From contig CP154954.1 of assembly GCA_039621445.1 (NCBI GenBank), forward strand, positions 39,269,816 through 39,333,815: a stretch of DNA of 64,000 nt, read 5' to 3'. Positions 32,545 through 44,866 of this stretch are shown piece by piece. A program made the position numbers and the translations under genes. The number at the start of each line of letters is the position of its first letter. The stretch's first letter is position 1. Origin of the DNA: Euglena gracilis (lineage: Eukaryota). The notes beneath the pieces are model-generated. The model was not told the origin of the DNA, searched no databases, and saw only the letters and a program-made list of their open reading frames with translations.

Positions 32545-34898
32545 ACCGAAGCAAGAAAATGGCCGTGTGGCCGAAGCAAGCAAATGGTTGCTAGTTTAGC
32601 CGAAGCAAGCAAATGGCTGCAAGCGCACCAAAGCAAGCAAATGTCCGGTCCGGAGCAAGCAAATGGTTGCCGGTGTGATGGAAGCAAGCAAATGGCTGCA
32701 AGCAAATTGTCGGTCCAAAGCAAGCAAATGGCTGCTGGTGCGGCCGAACCAAGCTAATGGCGGGTTTGGACGAAGCAAGCGAATGGCTGCTAGTGTGGCC
32801 GAAGCAAGGAAATGGCTGCTAGGCGGCCGAAGCTAGAAAATGGCCGGAGTTGCCGAAGAAAGCTAGTAGCTGCTGGTGTTGCTGAAGCAAGCAAATGGCT
32901 GTAAGTGTGGCCGACGCAAGCAAATGGCTGCTACTGCGGCCGAAGCAAGCAAATGGCTGATAGTGCGGCCGAAGCAAGCAAATGGCTGCCGGTGCTGCCG
33001 AAGCAAGCAAATTGCCGGTGTGGTCGAAGCAAGAAAATGGCTGATACGGCGGCCGAAGCAAGCAAATGGCCAGTCTGAAGCAAGTAAATGGTTGCAAGCA
33101 CACCAAAGCAAGCAAATGGCTGCTGGCGCGGCCGAAGCAAGCAAATGGCTGATAGCGTTGCCGAAGCGCGCATATGTCCGCTAGAGCGGCCGGAGCAAGC
33201 AAATGACCGGTGTGGTCGAAGCAAGCAAATGGCTGCTAGTGCGGCCGAAGCAATCTAATGGCCGATAGTGCGGCCGAAGCAATCAAATGGCTGCTGCCAC
33301 AGCCGAAGCAAGCAAATGGCTACGGGCGGGGCCAAAGCAAACAAATGGCCGCTAGTGCGGCCGAAGCAAGCAAATGGCCTGTGTGATAAAAAAAGCAAAT
33401 GCTGGTGCGGCCGAAGCAAGCTATTGGCTATGGCTGCGAGTGCGGTTGAAGCAAACAAATGACTGCTGGTGTGGCCGAAGCAAGCAAATGGCTGCTGGTG
33501 CGGCCGAAGCAAGCCAATGGCTGCTAGTGCGGCCGAAGCAAGCAGATGCCTGATGGCGCGGCCGAAGCAAGCAAATGGCCGGTCTGAAGTAAGCAAATGG
33601 TTGCAAGCACACCAAAGCAAGAAAGTGGCCAGTCCGAAGCAGGCAAATGGCTGCTGGGGCGGCTGAAGCAAGCCAATGGCTGCTAGTGCGGCAGAAGCAA
33701 GCAAATGGCCGCTGGCGCGGCCGAAGCAAGCAAATGGCTGCTGGCGCGGCCGAAGCAACTAAAGGGCTGCTGGTGCGGCCGAAGCAAGCAAATGGCCGGT
33801 GTGGCCGAGGCAAGCAAATGGCCGGTCTGAAATAAGCAAATGGTTGCACACCAAAGCAAGAAAGTGGCCAGGCAAATGGCTGCTGGCGCGGCCGAAGCAA
33901 GCAAATTGCCGGTGTAGCCGAAGCAAGCAAATGGTTGCTAGTGCGGCCGAAGCAAGCAAATGGCTGCTATTACGGCCAAAGCAAGCAAAAATGGCCGAAG
34001 CAAGCAAAAAAAAAGTGGCTGCTACGGCGGCCGATGCAAGAAAATGGCCGCTAGTGCGGCCGAGGCAAGCAAATGGTTGCTAGTGCAGCCGAAACAAGCA
34101 AATGGTTGCTAGTTTAGCCGAAGCAAGCAAATGGCTGCAAGCGCACCAAAGCAAGCAAATGTCCGGTCCGGAGCAAGCAAATGGTTGCTGGTGTGATGGA
34201 AGCAAGCAAATGGCTGCAAGCAAATTGTCGGTCCAAGGCAAGCAAATGGCAGCTGGTGCGGCCGAACCAAGCTAATGGCGGGTGTGGACGAAGCAACCAA
34301 ATGGCTGCTAGTGTGGCCGAAGCAAGGAAATGGCTGCTAGCGTTGCAGAAGCGAGCAAATGGCTGCTAGGCGGCCGAAGCTAGCAAATGGCCGGTGTTGC
34401 CGAAGAAAGCTAGTAGCTGCTGGTGTTGCTGAAGCAAGCAAATGGCTGTAAGTGTGGCCGAAGCAAGCAAATGGCTTCTACTGCGGCCGAAGCAAGCAAA
34501 TGGCTGCTACTGCGGCCGAAGCAAGCCAATGGCTGCTAGTGCGGCCGAAGCAAGCCAATGGCTGCCGGTGCGGCCGAAGCAAGCAGATGCCTGCTGGCGC
34601 GGCCGAAACATGCAAATGGCCGGTCTGAAGTAAGCAAATGGTTGCAAGCACACCAAAGCAAGAAAGTGGCCAGTCCGAAGCAGGCAAATGGCTGCTGGGG
34701 CGGCTGAAGCAAGCAAATGGCCGCTGGTGTGGCCGAAGCAAGCACATGGCCGGTGAGGCCGAAGCAAGCAAACGGCTGCTAGTGCGGCCGAAGCAAGCAA
34801 ATGGCTGCTGGCGCGGCCAAAGCAAGCAAATGGCTTCTAGTGCGGCCGAAGCAAGCAAATGGCTGCTGGTGCGGCCGAGGCAAGCAAATGGCTGCTGG
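32545..34898. repeat. Satellite/minisatellite, ~29 bp unit, with higher-order blocks
   Basis: Consensus GCAAGCAAATGGCTGCTAGTGCGGCCGAA repeated with variants over ~2.35 kb. Confidence 0.95.
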
Positions 34899-35212
34899 TG
34901 TGTACCAGGCGTACGCTTCTGTCCCCTTCCCGTTGAGGAAGTTAGGATGGAAGCGGATCCTATTAGGATTTCCTAATGGGTGCCCCTTCTCTCTCCACAG
35001 GTGGTATTCTTTATTCTGTTTGTCTTCCTTTTCTCCGGACCGGACTTGGATATCCAGTCCGTCCTCCCTGTAATGCTCTGTGCTTTGCTTCTTGGGAAGT
35101 GGGAAAAGGGTTTTCTGTTACTCTGATTTTCAGTTCCCAAGTAGGTGCGCCAAGGCGAAAGCGAAAGCTTTTGGGAATTGGGAAAGGGGAATTGGGGAAT
35201 CAGACGTACACT
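34899..35212 (+). repeat. Family B 5' LTR (314 bp)
   Basis: TGTGTACCAGGC...GACGTACACT termini match those of the 434 bp LTRs, and a PBS follows. No second copy seen in the window. Confidence 0.78.
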
Positions 35213-35367
35213 TGGTAGCAGATTTGGTTACGATCCTACACATACTTCACAGAAAGAAAAGCTATCAGGTTTTACAGTTGGTAGCAGATTTGATTACGAT
35301 CCTACACATACTTCACAGAAAGAAAAGCTTCCAGGTTTTACACTTGGTAGCAGATTGGTTCGATCCT
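35213..35367 (+). promoter_or_regulatory. Three tandem tRNA-iMet PBS motifs, 66 bp period
   Basis: TGGTAGCAGA at 35213, 35279 and 35345, each followed by a TTGGTT(A)CGATCC-like extension. Confidence 0.85.
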
Positions 35368-35558
35368 ACGCTGACTGGCAGCGGAGGGCCCCTGCACCGT
35401 TATTACACGGTCGCAGCGTCAGCTCCCGGCTTCTAGTCAACGTCTAAGCAGACGAGCAGGCTCCGGAAGGCTCTGTACGGTATTACCCGTTACAGCCCCT
35501 CTGGTGCCAGCACAACTGCTTAGTTTTGTGGGTTTTTGTTGTTTTTGCCATCAGAAAG

Positions 35559-38500
35559 ATGCAAAGCACAGGCCCCAGCCATCAATTCAACTATGCCTTA
35601 TTACAGGCATCATTGCAAGACATTGACCAAGAAACAGGGGTTTGGAAGCTTTTATGTGAAAGTGCTTCCAGTTCCTACGCCGATGAGGCAAAATTGGCTC
35701 AATTGTCAAGACTGCAACAATTGTCATCATTGACAGTGGTCGGCGATGAGCCCTCCACATTATTGGCTTCAGAGGCCAATGCGGCCTCTTCCGCACTCAC
35801 CTTGCCACAACGGGGGTATTCGCCTCTGTTTGCGGCAATGGTGCAGCTGCATACACCAGAGAGACCTGTGGTGATTCCGCCACCGGGCTTCTCTGGTGAT
35901 GGTGGACTAGAATCACCGTGTTTCTTTCAACCCCCACCCGCTCTTCCACCGGCAAACCCTTACAGAGCTTTGCCACCACCACCCGATCTTGGGTGCTATC
36001 CGGCACTGCCTTGGCAAGTGGAGACTCGTCTAGTGGTACCGGAATTCTCCGGTACATCCCAACCCATGGATGGCTAAGGGAAGGGCACTGGTGAGCTCCT
36101 CACTGCTGAGGATGTGCAGGATATCGTTGCTCGGCTTCCAGGGGATCACCCACTTGTGAGGCAGTTCAACCATGTGCAACAATGCGTTGCAGAATGTGCA
36201 ACCGCACTGAACAAAGTGCTTCAGTTTGATGAGGACAGCCAGAAACATGTCTTCACCAAGCTGGAACACTGCTGGAATTACTTGCAGGAAGTTGGCAAAT
36301 ATTGCCAGAGGAATTTTGAAAGTGCGGGTATTGACCTTGCAAACTTTCGGGAAACCTTTGACAGAATGTGCCAACAACTCCCGCAGAACTTCCGGCAAAT
36401 TAGTGAATGCATGCATGAAGCGGAAACGCGGAATGACTCCAAGTTTCTGCACTTGCATGACTCACTACAACACCTATCGGGACAAATGGAGTCCTGTTCA
36501 TCCGCGTTGTTGCATTTGCAACAACACTTGCATGCACGAGATTCCTCGTCAGCAACATCCAGTACTGGTGGATTTGTGTCTATGGACCATTTCACCACCC
36601 TATCCGCAACTTTCCATGAATCGCAACACCGCATTATGCTGTTGTGCGATGAAACGGTAAATTTTCGGCTATTCCAGTCACAAGCCAACGAGAATTTTGC
36701 TCCCCACACGTATGTGCGGCAGTTGGAGGAGTGACTTTCCCGTTTTGAGCAGAAAACCTGCTATTGTGACGCGAATCAGGTTGGATTATCCAATCTGAGC
36801 GCGAAAGTCGCGGAAATGGAACAACGGCAGGAATCCCTGCAGTTGCAGTTGCAGTCCGACGTTGGCGGGATTAACTCGGCCATTGCGGGTTTGCAACAAA
36901 GCTATTCCGCACTTTCCCACCGAGTTCCGGACATTAGCGGTATTCAGACAGCTATTGGGGAACTCCAGACCCGGTATGCATCGGTGTCTACCAAATTAAC
37001 GGAAATGCAGTCTTTGCCAGCAGATTCCAGTTCACGGATTACCAAGAACTAGAAACCTAATTTCAAGGCATTTTATGACAAAATGCTCACCGACAATCAG
37101 GAAACCTTGCAAGATTTTTGCAACAGCCTATTACGGCTTGAAGAATCGGTGAATCGGAATGCCCGATCCACGCATGGTGAGATTACCAGGTTGGACGAGC
37201 GAATTTCCGCGTTTTTGGATAAGCCACAACCCGGAAATTTGCCCGTGGGTACCACAAACACGTTGTCGGATGACCCTGCACCGGTTGTACCCACTACCAC
37301 ACCAACCGAGGTGACACCACCTTTGCAGATTCTCTCAAAAGCTGTAAAAGCATTAACGGGACAACTCCAATTACTGGATGAGTCTCACGGGAAACTTGTC
37401 CAAGATGTCACCGGAATTTCCGAAAGAATTCCGCACTTGGATGACTTTTCCCGTTACCGCAAGCGTATTCGCGCTTTGGAGGATGAGGTTGACCGTATTT
37501 GCGGCCAACTGCAACTCGTTGAGCATTTGGAGCAAAGTGTGCATGACTTGTCTGTGGGTCTGGACAATGTGTCCAACCAACAGCGGGTTTCACACCGAAA
37601 TTCGGCAGTATGCATTGCCGAAGATTCGCCAAATGTTCCAGATTCGCGTTTTCACAACCCGAATCTAGGTGCACATGCACCACCACCACCCGTGTCCCGA
37701 CTGTCACAACCCGCGATTCCGCGAATTGTGCCACCATTGGCCTTGCCCAAAACCCAAAACCAGTTTTCGGATGAATTTCCCGTTAAGGGAACCGAATTTT
37801 CGGAAAACACGGCGATTCCGCCAAGTCTCCACCAAGAAATCCATCATTCCATGCTTGTGCGTGGAATGAGCCAAACCTGTACACCGGGAGTGGGTCACAT
37901 GTTGCATGCGCGACATACCCCCACACCGGAGTGTCCCCCTATTACGGGTGACCAACAGGGTTTGGGAACGGATTTCCGGTACCAGGATTCACCTTCACCA
38001 GAAATTTCGCTATTCCGACAAGAATCCGGAAAGGATACGCTTGGTGCTCGAGCGTACCCGGGCCCGATTCCACGGAATACCACCGAGGGTCATTGGGTTT
38101 CTCAGAAAGACTTCAAAGGCACCGTCGCAATCGCGAACAAGGTGAAACCCCAGTGGGACGGTGATCCAACCACATTGAGACAGTTTTTCCGGGACTGGGA
38201 GTATTACTGGGCATTGAAGGGGCCAACCCAGGACACAAACCCGGAGGTGATCAAGATGGAATTCATCGATTGCCTCCCAAGGGATGAGAAGGAGCGCGCG
38301 CGACAACTCGTCATTCGCTATCGCGTTTCCTTTGATGACCTGGTGGAGCAATACGCTTCCACCAGTTCAAGTTTGGTCGCTAGGATTACCCTAGAGACCA
38401 AGTATCGGCAATGCGCCCCACCAGATCGCAAGTGGAAGTGCATTGACCATTGGTATGCCAAATGGTTAGGACTTGCTCCTGAAGTGGATGAACTCAGTGA

Positions 38501-39542
38501 AAAGCAAATGCGCGAACAGTTTGACGCTGTTCTCATGCATCTCACGCCTAGCCTCCTCAAGGATATCCACCGTGAGGAGTTGGCGAGTCATCCCATGACT
38601 CTTGACCAACGCTGGAATTACGTTTCCAAGCAGTTGAAGCTATCACAGCTCCTTGGTCAGATTCAATCCGCGTATACCGTACGCCCAACCGCGGGATTAC
38701 CGGCTGGTTCGGTGAACGCATTGCAAAAATCACCGGTTTCACCCACTTCACCAAACACGGTATCGAAAACGCGATACCCGCGTTCTTCGGACCAAGCCAC
38801 GGATAAAGTGTGCTTTTTGTGCAACAAATCGGGGCATATGTCTCGGGAATGTCCTAACCCTGAAGCACAAAAGCGTGGTCAAAGTCCGCGAGGCTCGACC
38901 TCATCACGGGGTTTGGATTCCTCCGCGTTTTCACGCCAATCGGGTAATTCACGGTCATCGGGTCCCCGTTCCGGTGGTATTAGCCCCCGGATCCCGTTCC
39001 GCGATGAGCGGAAACACGGTACCCCTCGGGGTAGGTCACCCGGTGCCCCTGCCAAGAAGCGTGATCCTTATCGCGAGACATCGCGATCGCGTTCACGAAG
39101 CGGATCATCCTCTTCGCGATCCTGATTGGGAAAACCCCGATACACCGGTCATGGTCGACGGGATACCCGGTCACCACGACGATTTGACGGGAAATCGGGA
39201 AACCGATCCCCCCGTTATCCATAGTCGCGACACAAATCTCGGTGTTCGCTTTGTGGATCGAGTGGTCACCACTCATCCAAATGTCCGCGTTCTCGTTCTC
39301 CCCGCTCTGGCCAACGTCATCGCGGTATGAATCGCGGTGACAAGGGTCACTCCTCCAACCGCCATAAAGTCGGTTTCAAGGTATCTTGTTTGGAGGATGA
39401 CACCCCGGCTTCGGGCAGGGAGGGGGATGAGACCACGGATACCGATTTTGACGACGCCCGCATGGCGGTGCGCACGTTGAAATCCGTTTTTACCTCTAAA
39501 AGGCCCATAGCCGGCTATTCGGCCGGTTCGGACCTGGAGTAG
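35559..39542 (+). pseudogene. gag: Family B gag with several premature stops and frameshifts
   Basis: ORF pieces 35559-36077, 36114-36734, 36816-37052, 37083-39125, 39327-39542 are collinear with the intact gag at 23534-27040; two CCHC knuckles. Confidence 0.88.
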
Positions 39543-42500
39543 GGGAGCCCGAGGTCGGAGGGCACGGACCTCTGGGCTGATGAACAGATGGAGGTAGGAC
39601 CTGATCAACCCTGCCCCCCCCCTGCCCATCTGCCTTCCTGGTCGGTACGCGGAAAATTTTCGGGTCCCCCACCCCCCACAACAACTTTCCGCTCGGAATT
39701 TTTGTGCAAAGTAGGAAAGGGTTCATGGGAAAGCTGGCAAGAAAACGTATTTTCGCCAGACCCTTCACTTTGCTTACCCCCCATGGAACTTATGGTCCAA
39801 GCGGAAATCAAAACCCAAAAATTTTTGTGCAAAAGTCAAAATTCTCATTGACACTGGTTGCCGCATTGCACTACTTTTTGGGTTCGGGTTGATACCGACC
39901 ACCCTCTTGGTGAAAGCCAAGAAGCCGATCAAAGTAACGACGGCTGACAACACCCCCATGTGCGGTGGTGACTTGTGATGCATTTTGGACTTAGTCCTAC
40001 CCCTCATCCCCAAGCACCACTCACACCCCCCACAACCGCAAAATTTTCCGGATACCTGGGGATAAGAATCCGGAATGCATGGGTCTGACGTAATTCTGGG
40101 ATGCCCCTTTTTACGTCAGCACCGGCTGGTAGTGTATTGCCACTCCAACGGTTTCCGCACATCACCGTTCTCTTCATTGCCCCCCAAACCCTCATCACCC
40201 GTGGCGTCAACCACAACAGCCACCAATTTTTGCACACAGTTTTCGAAAACTTTTACCCCGTTACCAACCACACCTACCAACGTTTTCTACACCGGGTGTA
40301 CCGAGAGAGTTCACCCCCTGCCCATCCACACACCAACTTCCGTTCCCCACGAGGCAGGGCAAGCAAGTAGCGGTACCCCTCGTTCCACTGGGTTACAAGA
40401 CGAAAGCCCAAAGGCCTGAAGTAATTACGGTGTCGAGTAGTCGCCCAGCTGCACCAATACCCCGTTTTCCACCAGATGTATCGCTTTCAGATACATCTGT
40501 ACACCCCCCAGCAGCTACAAAAGCGCATTCCAACTTTTACACACACCCCCACCAGACCAACATGCGCGACCAGGACCACTACTCCGACACTTCCTTCCAA
40601 TGTGTGCACTGTAGGAGAATTTCCGCCCAGCCAGATTTCGATTGTGGATGTTTAGTCCAAACGCCAACACTAATACCGATTTCGCGTACCCATACACTTG
40701 GTTGCGGATCGCAATGCGCGACCGTACATCAAGTGCTACAACAACGAGGTATTGCCTTGTTGTTTGGGACCGCGAAATCCGTGTCACACACCTCCACCAC
40801 CTCCATCTGGCATGTTATGGCCTGGGTATGCACCCATCCAACCCATCATTCCTTGGGAATGCCCCTTGGGAGTGTGGATGACACACCCTTGGCCTATGTT
40901 TGCGGTTCCCTGAATTGCGTTACCGCTCTTCAACCCGCAAACCAGGTCGATACATACGCGATACGCGTATGGAACGCATTTAATTTTGGTCAATACCGTA
41001 TTTTGGAGGAATGGTTCTCCAAAATCGCGGCTTTGGCTGATTCCTTCGATTTGTCGTTGGAAATTGATGCGTTTTCATCACAAGCGCATGCACGCTTTTC
41101 GCGACATTGGTCGCGACACTCCAATGCATTCCTTAAATTTTGGGGTGATACGGTGCTTTGGTTGAACCCTCCCCCAAAACTTCTTCCGGATGTGGTGGAG
41201 AAAATCCTCCGCGATGAAGCGCGAGGATCTCTCCTCATACCCGTCAATCCGAATGCGCATTGGTTTCATCAACTATCCTATGTCTGTTTTCATTGGTGGG
41301 ATTTACCCGCTGATGTACCACTATTCGAGGACTTTTGTGGTATATTTTTACCACCTGTTAAAGAAATCATTTTTCGCGTTTGTTTCTTTGACACATTCGG
41401 TATATCCGATTTGCGTGTGCCAAGATACCTTGGTACCAATGGGGATGCCACACCCTCAACGCAGATTTCTGGCGGTTATTGAGAGTGCGGACCAACACCC
41501 CAAGTCTGCTGACTATTGTTCGCGTTTTACTCGCGAATTCCATGGTGTACTGGATAACCCAGTTTACGCCTGCGACATCGACCCCGCGATTCGCGTTCTG
41601 TTCGGTGTTTGCAAAATCGAGCTCAAGGATGGCGCTAAGCCCATGCACGGGAAATTCTTCCGTTGTTCGGTTAAACGCGAACAAGCTCTCAACGAGATGA
41701 TTGAGAAGCTCATCCAGCGGAAGTGGATTATCCCTTCCAAGAGCGAATGGACATCACAAGCTTTTGTAGTGCCCAAACCCGCTGACCAGTCTGGTCAGAA
41801 GAAGTGGAGACTGGTGCTGGATTACCGGTACCTGAACTCCCAAACGAAGGATGACCCCTTCCCGTTACTGCTGATCGAGGATTTGATCACCAAACAATCG
41901 GATAACAGGTTGTGGTCAATCTTTGATCTAGAAGACGGTTTTCATCAGATGCATTTGCACCCGATTCACAACCGTACACGGCATTCGTGACATCCAAGGG
42001 TGTGTGCCAATGGACGGTACTCCCTATGGGTGTTAAGAATGGCCCAGCCATGTTTCAACGCATGATCCAGTGGGTTTTGCGCGATTTACCGTTCGCTCTG
42101 GTGTACATCGATGATGTACTGGTGGGAACCCAACCGCCATCCGCGAAATCGGGCAAGGATATCCTCGAACCGCATTATCGCGATGTGCGGGCGGTATTAT
42201 CCGCGTTCAAAAAGCAATGTGCTTTTTGTGAAGGGTTCCAAAATGCACCTGTTTCGCAAAATTGTTGAGTTTTGCGGGCATATCCTGAGCAACGGGCAGC
42301 GTCAAGCCGCACCCAGCAAGATGGAGGCCACTAAGAAATGGACTCCTGAGGTCACTAAGACCTTAACGCATTTAAAGGGATTTTTGGGATTAGCCCAATA
42401 CTACGCGATTTACATCTAAGATTTCGCGAAAATCGCGGTACCCCTAACCCGACAACTCAAAAATCGGACACCCGATAACGCAAAAGTCATTTGGGATGAC

Positions 42501-44673
42501 CAAATGCGCGAGGCCTTGAATAAAATCAAGGACTTGCTCCTCGAGAACGTGGTTCTCGATATCGCGGATCCATACAAACCGTATGTCCTGGAGGTCGACA
42601 GCAGCGATTACGCTGTTGGCGGGGTTCTTAGACAGCATAATGTGGCGAATGAACTCCGACCTCTGGCTTTCTTTAGCAGGAAGCTACACGGCGACAACAG
42701 CAAAGGACAGGTTAAACGGAGCGTTCGCGAAAAGGAGACATACGCCATTGTGCTTATTCTCCAGAAATTCCGCAGCTGGATAGCCAGCAGCCTGGTCCAG
42801 ATACTGGTGTTGACGGATCATGAGAGCCTTCAACACTGGTATACCGAGGACCTGAACAAGGCCATGTCATCAGTTGGCAGACGATGCCGATGGCATGAGT
42901 TCTTGAGCCAGTTTAACCTGGTGGTATTTTATACCCCAGGTCATACGCAAAAAGTGGCGGATCCTCTCAGCCGAGCCCCCTGGTATTATCCTGGGAACCC
43001 GGATGAGGGTGATGCGACTTTTCATGGCAGCCATGGGGCTGACCAGTTCGCACGTCGATCCGACGCTGTGGACAACATGCTCGACTCACTACCCGTTTCC
43101 CGGGTGTATCGCAGCATTGCCATTTCACCATTGCGTGGAAGGCGCCGGCGTGGACGCACTGCCGGACCCCGTCGCATTACGCGTACGGAAACTCCTACCC
43201 CCCTATTTTTCCGCGAATGGGATTATTCGCGTGACCTTGTATATAGTACCATTGTGAATAGACTCCGTAATAGTGAGTCCATAGAGAATTACTCTCTATC
43301 ACCATTGCGACCTATCTTCCGGCATGCTTCTGGTTATAAATATTGTATACCCCAAGACCTGGTTGATGATGTGATTTTGAGCTATCACAACCATGGTCAC
43401 CCTGGGGCCCTGAAACTTCTTTCACTGGTGGGTCGCAGATATTGCACAACCCTGAGTGAAAAAGATTTATATTCGCGCTGTTTGCGAATTTCGCAGCGGT
43501 GCCCAATTTGTCAGGCTGTGAAACCGCGCAGAGGTACCCCCCCTGGTACGATGGATTCTTTCCCCGTACCACCGGACATTTTTACGTCCCTCTGCATGGA
43601 TTTTCTCGAACTCGAACCTTGCAAAGGATCAGATGACAAAATTTACGATTACGTTTTTGTTGTCGTCTGTCGGCTGAGTGGGTACATAGTAGCCATTCCA
43701 TGCCGGAAAGCAGGGTTGACAGCCCAAATTTTGGCATCCATATTCCTGAAAAAATGTATCTGCTTAATGGGTTTACCGAACGAAATAGTGAGTGATCAAG
43801 ATCACTTGATCTCGTCGCGGTTTTTCACGACTTTGTGCGGTTTACTCGGTATTGAGCAGCATTTGTCCATTATATACCGCCCGAAAGGCAACGGTGGAGC
43901 TGAGGCAGCCGTGAAATCTGTTGTCAATATGCTACGCCTTTCACTGGCTGACTCGGGTAAGAATTGGATATCCATTCTTCATTGGTGTTTATTTTACATC
44001 AATACCTTGCCAGGGGTGGTATTACCACACTCACCGTATAAAATTCTTTTCGGACGAGACCCTCCGGCCATAGGGGATATCCCCTCGGAGAGACCCGCCC
44101 GAAGTAGTGTTAGCTGTGAAACGTGGTTTGCAGAAGTGGAATCAAATCCGCTCTGCAGTTCAATCACTTATCACAGAAATTCATTCCAACAAACGGAAAT
44201 CGTTTTTACAAAATTTCAACACACCTGTGTATAGTCCAGGTGACCGCGTGTGGGTACGGAATAACCGCACCCGCATGCAATCTTCCAAGCTACATCCTCT
44301 TTGGCTCGTCCCATGCGAAATTTTGAACAGGTTAGGAAGTAGCGGGCGATGTAAAGTTGCCTTGCCCAACGGGATTGAGGACGTCCATATGGACGATTTC
44401 AAACCGTACCTAAGCCCCCCAGACGGAAAAGCTATCCCCTGCTTATATTTCAAGCCCCGTTCCAGATTACCTGAAACGGACGACTTTGTGGTTGATAAGA
44501 TAATAGACCACAAGGTCAACAGGGGTGTGCACTACTGGAAAGTTCGCTGGAAGGGGTATGGGCCAGAGGAGGACACTTGGGAGCCAGCATCCAGTTTTGT
44601 TGGATACGTCCAACAGGATTGGAAGCTGTGGAACAAGCGCAATAACATAGACATAAACATAAACACTTTCTGA
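39543..44673 (+). pseudogene. pol: Family B pol (PR, Dam-like MTase, RT, RNase H, integrase, chromodomain), frameshifted
   Basis: ILIDTG (~39841-39858), WRLVLDYRYLN, YIDD (~42104), RNase H and integrase motifs, C-terminal chromodomain. Confidence 0.92.
40975..41400 (+). other. Dam-like N6-adenine MTase domain between PR and RT
   Basis: EIDAFSSQAHARFSRHW, FWGDTVLWLNPPPKLLPDVVEKILRDEARGSLLIP...HW...PADVPLFE. Collinear with the family A domain (LWMNPPWTLWPEVAEKL...PKGTKLFE). Confidence 0.8.
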
Positions 44674-44866
44674 AACGATTTCGTTTTGGAGAATGTGTGT
44701 GTTTTATGTGAATGTTCCGCGTTTATACCCCCCCCCTGCACTGCATCTTCTGTCTTTCTCACACAGTTTTTGATAAGGATAGAAGCATCTTCTTTTTCAG
44801 TGCCTAGCACTCAAAGCGACTGACAACAAGGTTATCCTTCGTTGTCGTCGTCGTTCGGGGAGCATC

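Larger units (their letters stand above)
34899..44736 (+). mobile_element. Decayed gypsy chromodomain retrotransposon, family B (plus copy); 3' LTR not found in window
   Basis: LTR-like segment, PBS, gag, PR, MTase, RT, RH, IN, chromodomain in order. Confidence 0.9.

Noticed and set aside
32545-34898. CRISPR array or repetitive protein ORFs
   Set aside because: Head-to-tail degenerate satellite without spacers; the ORFs on both strands are by-products of the repeat
35213-35367. tRNA-Met genes
   Set aside because: Only the complement of the tRNA 3' end and T-arm is present, directly after an LTR; no cloverleaf, so these are primer binding sites
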